Below the pieces are notes generated by a model. The model searched no databases, was not told the origin of the DNA, and saw nothing but the letters and a program-made list of their open reading frames with translations. Below, one piece after another: positions 34,189 through 42,597 of a DNA stretch of 49,436 bases. The translations under genes were made by a program, and so were the position numbers. The stretch spans positions 1 through 49,436 of the forward strand of contig BQXS01010965.1 of the NCBI GenBank assembly GCA_024181965.1. The letters run 5' to 3'. Each line of letters opens with the position of its first letter. Positions within the stretch are counted from its first letter, which is position 1. Origin of the DNA: Aduncisulcus paluster. Lineage: Eukaryota.

Positions 34189-35289
34189 ATGTCAAAAATA
34201 AGTATAAATCCAACTTTGATTCCCATTCCCACCCAATTCCCTTCTTCCCAACCATCTCGAGACCTGCCTCTTGATATTTCTGATATTGAAGACTCAGTAA
34301 GTTCCATTATTGAGGAAGAATTGTATAAACTTCCTTGTCCCGCCATAAATTATCATGTGTGTCGAGTTTGTAATTACCGATGCAAGTTTTGTTTCCATCG
34401 GGCAGCCAAAAAGATCAGAGACTCCAAGTCAAGCTCATTGTATCCTCTCTCTGACAGTGAGATTTATCGCGGATTAGAGATCCTCAAAGCTGCCTCTGGA
34501 GAAAAATTAAATATTGCTGGAGGAGAACCCTCTCTTTGGAGTATTGAGAAGTTGGTCTTTGTCATTTCATCGGCTAAGAAGATTGGATTTAAATGCGTTA
34601 GCATTATCTCCAATGTATATAGCTTTAAAAAAGAAGATCTGCCAGTTCTTAAGGATGCAGGACTGGACATTCTTGGTATCTCTCTCCATTCAAGTTCTGA
34701 TGCCGGATGTGAGGAAATTGGGTATTATCATGCTAAATACGCAAGATCCCCAGTTGGAACTCGCGCCAGTGGAACTATCTCCCATATAAAAGAGATTTGT
34801 GCTGCTGCACATGAATGTGGTCTTCATTTGAAGATAAACACAACTCTCTGTGTTCCCAATGCTAAAACATTTAAATCTTTAGCTGAATTTGTGGTTAAGG
34901 ACCTTCAGCCATGTCGCTGGAAGATTTTCCAGGCCATTCCCCTTGGATCCAACGAGGAAGAAGGTGTCGAGAAGGCATTCGTCGATGAAGAGGAGAAGAT
35001 CTTATTCCTTACTGAGAAAGAATACAACAAGGCCGTGGATCCTGTTGTCGCTAAATACCCTGAATCTAAATTTGGCATCAAAATTATCAAAGAATCCTCA
35101 AAAATTATGAGGAATTCTTATGTTGTTCTTGATGAACTTATGAGACCGATTGATAGCTCTACAGGAGCAAAAATGCCCCAGCAATCCATTTTAGACGAAG
35201 GAGGCATTGAAAAAGCAATGAGAAAAGTTGTTTTCGATGGTGAGTCTTTTAAGGAAAGGAGTGGGAATTATTTCCAGGATTTGAAATAA
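34189..35289 (+). CDS. RSAD2: Viperin (RSAD2-like) radical SAM antiviral ddhNTP synthase homologue
   Basis: INYHVCRVCNYRCKFCFH (CxxxCxxC), KLNIAGGEP, VSIISN, LDILGIS, LKINT, RWKIFQ, ES...MRNSY.VLDE.MR, SILD.G and FD...F..R.G.Y, all collinear with vertebrate viperin motifs. First ATG is at 34189. Confidence 0.92.
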   Translation: MSKISINPTLIPIPTQFPSSQPSRDLPLDISDIEDSVSSIIEEELYKLPCPAINYHVCRVCNYRCKFCFHRAAKKIRDSKSSSLYPLSDSEIYRGLEILKAASGEKLNIAGGEPSLWSIEKLVFVISSAKKIGFKCVSIISNVYSFKKEDLPVLKDAGLDILGISLHSSSDAGCEEIGYYHAKYARSPVGTRASGTISHIKEICAAAHECGLHLKINTTLCVPNAKTFKSLAEFVVKDLQPCRWKIFQAIPLGSNEEEGVEKAFVDEEEKILFLTEKEYNKAVDPVVAKYPESKFGIKIIKESSKIMRNSYVVLDELMRPIDSSTGAKMPQQSILDEGGIEKAMRKVVFDGESFKERSGNYFQDLK

Positions 35290-35627
35290 TTCATAAGAAA
35301 TGAAACCTCTATTTCCTTCTATTATCATAATAGTATTATGATACGGATCAATTTAAAATACTATTTTATTAGATTATGTTCATTCTCTTGTTCATCTATA
35401 AAGATTCAGTTTGTCTAAAATTCAGACTTTTGATGGTATTCGCAATTCTTTTCTATCCTTTTGTTATTATGTTATGTCTTCTAATTTGAATATGTTTTGT
35501 CATGTTTTCTTCATCTTTCTAATAATGAACCTTAAGTTCAACAATAAACATCTCTTTCAAAAAGATCTGATCATCAGATAATAGTATAATATAGTATAGA
35601 AAAGCATATATCTACTCTTGGGCAAGG

Positions 35628-38066
35628 TCACCGAACACACTGTGGAACACCAGACCAATGGAGTTTTTTATCATCTTCCTGATTTGGAATATGTGTATCT
35701 TCCTCATCTTTCTCAGTAGTATCTATTTTTGGACAAAAATATCGGTGTCCTCCGAGACCATTTTTTCGAGGAATATGAATGATTGTCATTTTCCCCAGAT
35801 CAATATCATACGGAACTCTAACCTCAAAATGGGTATCTAAATCTGGCAATTCTATACGTTTTGCATCAAAATGTCCTCCTTTAGACGTTATTTCCTTCAC
35901 AGACATCACAGAATCGTTAGAAACAATATTTTTAACTTGAGATATTTTGGATTTTTCAACTAATTCCATTTCATCCTCTTCTTCATCCTTTGTAGAATCA
36001 ATATGAATGATCCGAGTATCTATTCCTTCATTCTTCATGGTACTTTTCGAAACAGGATAATCCCCAGAGAATTGTGAGACAGACTTAGGAGTCTTTTTCA
36101 CAGGATATGTATCAGATGGAACATCACCAAATCTTCGTTTCCCATAATCCCCCTGAAGAGATGTGGGGAGAGATGTTTGGTCATTTAAGTCAGGAGAGAT
36201 GTCATCGGAAATATCAACAATCTCAATCTGAGAGGATCCATCAGAGTCAGATGCAAGCGAAGAGATCGAATTCGAATGAATTGGGTGCTTTCTTTTGCCA
36301 TGGAGTGGATCTGTTATTCTTTCGATCTCTGAAGACATCTCCATTCCATCTCTGATATCCTTTTTAAGGTGTCTTCTTTTCATACAATGTGAAATAATTT
36401 CCTGATCAATCAATTCAGAAACACAAGAATGAAATGAAGGTGATATTTGAGCCGCATCTGGCTTTGAAAACGCATCTAGAATATTACCACGAGGAATTAT
36501 AGGTTTTGATGTAACTGTTGATGGAAGTTTCTGACTCAAAATATCGTGAACATCAACCCATTCAACTCCATCCATATGTGGTTCACTTTCATTCTGTGTA
36601 ATGTCTCTATCACAATCTTTCTCAATATCTATTTTGGGAATACTATATTTAGAGGGAGTATCTCCTTTCCTCTCCTCCTCATCTTCAATATCGATGATAA
36701 TAGCACTATCACAAGAAACATGTTCTGTTATTTTAGCTTTTGCTGTATAAAATTCAAGAAGAGATTGCTGAATTTTGGGATCAAACTCAGGGTTTCGTGA
36801 CAGTTCTGGTTCAAATTTAGACTCAGAATTTGAACAAGATATTCCAATTTCAGATTTCTTTTTCTTTTCATCTAACATTGACTTATTCTTCTTTGCTTCT
36901 TTATCGGCGAGTTTTTTGCGCCTTTGAGATTCTTTCCTCTTATTTTTTTGAACTATTTTCATAAGTTTCACGCTTTCTTCTTTGGACTCTATTGTTGTTC
37001 CCTTTTCTTTCAATCCTTCAGTAAATTCAGGCCCATCTATTTTTACCCAAATATTTTTGCATGTCCAGCAAGGATCAGGCCAATTATTTTTAGCTCTTTT
37101 TAGTATCTTTCCGCATCCTTTGCATCTCCATCTATGAACCCTATAATAATCTACTTCACCATGAAAATTATGATATACTGTTATTGTTGATCCTGTTAAT
37201 CTATTAATTTGATGCATTCTTGCCTGAAATAAAGATCCATGTGGATCTTCTTCTCGAATACCCAAAACAAAAAAATCAGCGTGAATCTACATTCAATATC
37301 ATAAGAATACAAAAGATATATTAAATAAATAAGAAATAACGGAATAAAGGATGGAGAAAACCCATAGATGAAAAAAATGAAAAATTCAAATGNNNNNNNN
37401 NNNNNNNNNNNNCCAGCAAGGATCAGGCCAATTATTTTTAGCTCTTTTTAGTATCTTTCCGCATCCTTTGCATCTCCATCTATGAACCCTATAATAATCT
37501 ACTTCACCATTAAAATTATGATATACTGTTATTGTTGATCCTGTTAATCTATTAATTTGATGCATTCTTGCCTGAAATAAAGATCCATGTGGATCTTCTT
37601 CTCGAATACCCAAAACAAAAAAATCAGCGTGAATCTACATTCAATATCATAAGAATACAAAAGATATATTAAATAAATAAGAAATAACGGAATAAAGGAT
37701 GGAGAAAACCCATAGATGAAAAAAATGAAAAATTCAAATGAAACATACCATTTCATGGAGTAAAGTATTAACTAAATCACTAAATGGTCTATATTTTAAT
37801 AATGGTTCAGATAACCTTATCTTAACTTCATAAGAAGTGAGAGATCCTCGATATTGACATATTCCAGCACATAAAGTCATTTTAGGTGACCAATCTACAG
37901 TAACAGCACCCAATCTAGATCCAAATAAGGCCTTTTGAAAATAAGAAAACATGCTATGAATGGATTGTCCTTGAAAAGAAGTCAGCGGGGGAAAATAAGA
38001 AGTTCCAGAGGATATATCCCTTCCAAAAGGCATTTTGTTATATTTAATGTTTATATTACGGATCAT
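35628..38066 (-). CDS. SPRTN: SprT-family DNA-dependent metalloprotease, Spartan/SPRTN-like (2 exons, ~650 aa)
   Basis: Exon 1 runs from 38066 (or 38033) to 37749, with WSPKMTLCAGIC, IRLSEPLLKYRP and TLLHEM. The intron 37748-37635 is GTATGT...TAG. Exon 2 begins IHADFFV...DPHG..F...M..IN..TG..ITVYHNF..EVD.YR.H.WRC. HEXXH is split by the intron. The exon 2 start is duplicated across the gap (intact copy 37286-35628). Confidence 0.9.
37065..37740. repeat. 328-bp direct duplication flanking 20-N gap, one SNP between copies
   Basis: 37065-37392 vs 37413-37740; G37163 vs T37511. Confidence 0.9.
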
Positions 38067-38310
38067 TGTTGGTATATCATCTTCAAAAAGTAGTATAGAG
38101 GATTATCAAATTCTATTCGAGCAACTATAAACTTGATCAGGGAAAATACATTGAAAATATATCAAACTCATATTGTATATTTATTTATCATCGATCAATA
38201 TACAATTTTTCTTCCTGATTACAGCCTGTCACCGAGTCACTCGTTTTCACGGTGAAAATAATCAATTTATTGATCGTAATTATCCAGCAAAAAACCTTCC
38301 TATTTCTGTA

Positions 38311-39870
38311 TTACGTGTATAGTTTTGCCAATCCGTTACTACATCCCGCAATAAACCAAGGTTGAATTGGGTGCCAACAGATATCTCTAACACTCGATGT
38401 AGCGCAAGATATCCGTTTAATTGGAATGATAAGGGGAGAACGTTCCATAGATTCGAATATCTTCCCATGGAACACATGCACACACCCGTCATCACCACCA
38501 GATATGAATAACGGATATCTTGAGTGGAAAGCAACATTCCTCACTCCTTCTGACGACTTCCCATCCTCAGATGTGTGAGGTTCCATGGTTTTATAAGGAG
38601 TATTCCCAAGTTCCATATCCATCCAGACACACTTTCCATCCAGACCTGACACAAGAATATGCTCACCGCTCATGTGGATATCCATGCCACTGCTCCACTT
38701 CACACCAGTGAGTAAATGAGCAATAATAGCCTGTTTTTCGAGATGGTACATCCGAACTCCAGTCTTAGTGCACACAAATATAACAGGCTTGTAAGGATGG
38801 AAAGCAGCACTGACAACGCTTCCTTTGTATGATTTGAATGGATAAAGAGAACGTTTGTTTGATATACGATGAACAGTAATGGCTGATGCAACTCCAGTTG
38901 GTGAAACTGTGAGACAATAGTCACCTCGACAATGCCATTTGACAAACGAGAGAGGTTTGGCATGCTTAACACGAATCATAATACCAACGGGATATTGCCG
39001 AGTACTGAGCTTTAATTTGCTTGAAGGAATAAATTCCCAACTCATTCCCTTTGGACAGTCGAATTCAAGCCCAGACAGAAGCTCGGTGGTATTCTTTTGG
39101 ATGGACACACAACCAAGACCAGGATGATACAAACAAAGCTCTTTTCCACAAGTCAAGGCAAGAACACACACATCACGACGTGGGGAAAAAGCAATGCAGG
39201 TAATGGCGGAGGACAAAACATGTTTTCTGATGCATCTTCCTGTACGAGTCTCCCATATTCTTACAATACCTTGCCTGGCAACTTTTACATGATCAACCTT
39301 ATCTCCACTTTCCTCTTCATCAACATAATCTTCAATAACACCTTCCAATTCCTTGTCTTCTTCAGGCATCTCATCTTCATCAATTGGGAGATCACGTTCT
39401 TTTCCATTTTCTTCAATCACATATTTACGAGAAATTTTACGAACATTTTTAGCAGTAGCCACCCACTGACCACATGGAGATATCCCTACGCACTCAATAG
39501 CAACACTTTTCTCTCTATCCTCTTCATCGGGAGCTTTGAATATAACAGCAACCCGACTTGGAAATGGTTTGAGTTCTTGAGTGGATGGTAATTGTGGGAG
39601 GAGATCTTCTGGATTAATTCGAGCTTTTCGCAATATTCTCTGACGAGGGGCCATATAAAGATCAATACAACGTAAAAAACGATCTCTCATAAAATTTTTA
39701 TAGCTTGGAATATGTCTGAGACAGTCTATTTGTTTCGGCATGAAGTCAATCGCCCTATCGAGAGGATCTGTTCTAAGCCATTCTTCTTGTTCTTTTTCAT
39801 CAAATAAATACTCCTTTGGGGGCCTATAACTCTCTTCATTACCTGGTAATGCCTCTGGGGGTGCCTCCAT
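38311..39870 (-). CDS. BOP1: Ribosome biogenesis protein BOP1/ERB1 (WD40), short N-terminus
   Basis: LPGNEESYRPPKEYL, LRHIPSY...DRF.RC.DLYMAPR, LLPQLP...ELKPFP, WH.RGDY, FH..YPLF.SG.DDG, P.IIP.K and WHP.QPW are BOP1 signatures. ATG at 39870 (alternative upstream ATG at 39969). Confidence 0.92.
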   Translation of the reverse strand: MEAPPEALPGNEESYRPPKEYLFDEKEQEEWLRTDPLDRAIDFMPKQIDCLRHIPSYKNFMRDRFLRCIDLYMAPRQRILRKARINPEDLLPQLPSTQELKPFPSRVAVIFKAPDEEDREKSVAIECVGISPCGQWVATAKNVRKISRKYVIEENGKERDLPIDEDEMPEEDKELEGVIEDYVDEEESGDKVDHVKVARQGIVRIWETRTGRCIRKHVLSSAITCIAFSPRRDVCVLALTCGKELCLYHPGLGCVSIQKNTTELLSGLEFDCPKGMSWEFIPSSKLKLSTRQYPVGIMIRVKHAKPLSFVKWHCRGDYCLTVSPTGVASAITVHRISNKRSLYPFKSYKGSVVSAAFHPYKPVIFVCTKTGVRMYHLEKQAIIAHLLTGVKWSSGMDIHMSGEHILVSGLDGKCVWMDMELGNTPYKTMEPHTSEDGKSSEGVRNVAFHSRYPLFISGGDDGCVHVFHGKIFESMERSPLIIPIKRISCATSSVRDICWHPIQPWFIAGCSNGLAKLYT

Positions 39871-40075
39871 ATTCGATAGGACAATCCAAAGTTGATTGAA
39901 AAAACGTTTATTCCTAACTGGCCTTCTGAAGCACTTGGTCTCCCAATTTATGGCATGACAATAATACATTCAATGAAACATATTATATTCATGCCAATGT
40001 TTCCCCTCTATTTATTCCAATTAAGCTATTCATGTTCGTGATTGGAAATTAGTTGTTTTGTGAGCAGATTACTCA

Positions 40076-42358
40076 ATGTCAAATCTTCCAATTCTTTCTT
40101 GGGGTTTAAACAATCCTGTTCCCATGTCTGTTTTGGCCATGATGAAAGCTTCTTCTTTTTCATGTCGCCAAGAGCCCACCCAAGCTCTTCCTGAGCCAAT
40201 TCTATTGACTTTCCCAGATATTTCAACAAAAATAGCCACCGAAATGGGTGTATTATTTTATATGGCCCTTAAAACAAAGAAGTTTTTGCCTTCTCAACCA
40301 TTGTCAGAAACTATGGACCAATGGACATATTTTGTTCAAAAAAACCTTATCCCCCATTCATACCTTGCTTCTCGTCCCACTCCAGCTCCAATGTTAGAGA
40401 GTGTTATTGCTGTTTTGGCCCGTATCCTTGACTCCTCCCCATTCTTGACCACTCCCACTCCCTCCATCATTGATTATTTTGTTTTTGGAGTCTGTACCGA
40501 AGTTCCCATGCTTCCTGAATTGTTAGAGAAACCCGAATTAAAGTCTTTTGCCAGTTGGTATTCAATGATGGACCAATCTCCTTCATTCAAGGCTGCTGTT
40601 GGTGTTTCCAAGGCTGCTGTTGCCTTAGCCAAGAAGAGACAAGCAGCAGAGAGCAAGATGAAGGCCCAAGCTGCTCGTGTCAAGAAAGAAGGTCGTGCCG
40701 CCAAGACTGGTCATAGCGGTGAGGGTCCTGTTCTTCCTCATGCCATTGAAGGTAAAGTCTGCACTCGTTTCCCCCCTGAACCTTCAGGATATCTTCATAT
40801 TGGTCATGTCAAAGCTGCTATGCTTAATCATTACTGTGCTCGTAAATACAAGGGACGTCTTCACTTCCGTTTCGATGATACTAACCCTGTCAAGGAGAAT
40901 ATCGAGTTTGTTGCCAACATTAAAAGAGATCTGAAGACCTTGGGCGTTGATTATGACACCACATCCTACACTTCTGACCACTTTGACGACTTTTTGGAGA
41001 GAGCTGAGTTTCTCATCAAGGAAGGAAAAGCCTTTGTTGATGACACTGATCGTGACACAATGCGTCAGGAGCGTATGGAATGCATTGATTCCAAGAATAG
41101 GACAAACTCTGTTGAGAAGAACTTTAAGATGTGGGAAGAGATGAAGAAAGGTTCAGAGTATGGTCAGACCTGTGTCCTCCGAGCCAAGAGTGGAATGGAT
41201 AATCCCAATGGATCGATGAGAGATTTCGCCATCTATCGTGTCTGTTTGATCCCTCACCATCGGACTGGTAGCAAATACAAAGTCTACCCCTGTTATGACT
41301 TCTCTTGCCCCATCATTGATAGCAAGGAGGGCATTACACACGCCATGAGGACCTCAGAGTTCCAAGATAGGGATGAACAGTATGCCTGGGTGTGTAAACA
41401 ACTGGGAATCCGTTGTCCCATGGTTCTTAGTTTTAGTCGTATGAATTTGGAGTACACTGTTATGTCTAAGAGATTACTGCAACAATTCGTTGATGCTGGT
41501 GCCGTTGATGGATGGACTGATCCTCGTTTCCCCACTGTCCAGGGAATCAGACGTCGTGGAATGACGACCGAAGCCCTTCGTAAATTTGTTGTTCTTGCTG
41601 GATTCAGTAAGAGTAAGAATTGCCAGTCTTGGGATAAACTATGGTCCCTGAACACTGCTTTCATTGATCCCAAATCTCCTCGTTTCATGGCCGTTGAAGA
41701 CCCTTCAGACAAATCGGCCGATGCCGAGTCCCCTGCACTTGTTAAGGTCTGGAAATCATTCTCCGATTCAATTCCCTGGTCTGGCCCAGAGTCCAAGGCT
41801 GTCCTCCTTCACAAGAAGGTTCCTACCCTCGGAACTCGTAAGTGTTTCTACGATCATCATCTCTTCGTCGCCCATGCTGATGCTCTTCTATTTAAAGAAG
41901 GTGAGAAACTCACTCTCAAGAACTGGGGTAATGTTGTTGTAAAGAAGATTGACAAGAGTTCCGATGGCTCCATTGTTATTGATGTTGAGGACATGCCCTC
42001 TGACACCAACTTTAGAGACACTCTGAAGTACACCTGGCTTGCTGCTGGTGATAGTGCTGGAAAGTATGCTTATGTCCATGGTGTTCTTCGCTATTTCTCT
42101 CCCCTTGTCTCCAAGAGAGAGCTCAAGCCTGAGGATATGGAAGAGATTGACAAGTACATCAACACTGACACATGCACAGAGAAACACGTGATCATCTCCC
42201 CTGAGGCCGCCACTTGTGAAGAGGGATCCACATTGCAGCTCGAGAGGACAGGATTCTTCTATGTCGATAAGAAGACAATCAATGAAGAAGGTGAGATTGA
42301 ACTCATTCTTCATCACATACCTGAAGGAAAGAAGAAGGAACAGGCTCTCGGAAGATAA
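40076..42358 (+). CDS. GUS1: Cytosolic glutamyl-tRNA synthetase (eukaryotic type, N-terminal GST-like domain)
   Basis: TRFPPEPSGYLHIGH (HIGH), RFDDTNP, YPCYDFSCPIID, THAMRT.EF.DR, VMSKR, WTDPRFPTVQG and QLER.GFF. C-ending codon bias suggests high expression. Confidence 0.95.
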   Translation: MSNLPILSWGLNNPVPMSVLAMMKASSFSCRQEPTQALPEPILLTFPDISTKIATEMGVLFYMALKTKKFLPSQPLSETMDQWTYFVQKNLIPHSYLASRPTPAPMLESVIAVLARILDSSPFLTTPTPSIIDYFVFGVCTEVPMLPELLEKPELKSFASWYSMMDQSPSFKAAVGVSKAAVALAKKRQAAESKMKAQAARVKKEGRAAKTGHSGEGPVLPHAIEGKVCTRFPPEPSGYLHIGHVKAAMLNHYCARKYKGRLHFRFDDTNPVKENIEFVANIKRDLKTLGVDYDTTSYTSDHFDDFLERAEFLIKEGKAFVDDTDRDTMRQERMECIDSKNRTNSVEKNFKMWEEMKKGSEYGQTCVLRAKSGMDNPNGSMRDFAIYRVCLIPHHRTGSKYKVYPCYDFSCPIIDSKEGITHAMRTSEFQDRDEQYAWVCKQLGIRCPMVLSFSRMNLEYTVMSKRLLQQFVDAGAVDGWTDPRFPTVQGIRRRGMTTEALRKFVVLAGFSKSKNCQSWDKLWSLNTAFIDPKSPRFMAVEDPSDKSADAESPALVKVWKSFSDSIPWSGPESKAVLLHKKVPTLGTRKCFYDHHLFVAHADALLFKEGEKLTLKNWGNVVVKKIDKSSDGSIVIDVEDMPSDTNFRDTLKYTWLAAGDSAGKYAYVHGVLRYFSPLVSKRELKPEDMEEIDKYINTDTCTEKHVIISPEAATCEEGSTLQLERTGFFYVDKKTINEEGEIELILHHIPEGKKKEQALGR

Positions 42359-42597
42359 AATGCCATGGTTCCCAAGAATTCTAAATGGAAATATGATATT
42401 TCTCTCTAGTGCGAAGTTATGATATTCTAGTAAATTTGCTAATATATTTCATATTACCCACTTCAAATATAACAGAAATAGAAACAATTGAATTGCTATA
42501 ACCATACCAAAAAATGAATTTTATAATAATTTGGATTTCTCGTCATTAGAAGATAGTTATAATATAATAGTCAATTATTTTAATATATATTTTATTC

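Noticed and set aside
32682-35289. Bacterial contamination or a prokaryotic viperin operon
   Set aside because: Contiguous with intron-containing eukaryotic genes, similar composition, divergent orientation, and shares a host repeat.
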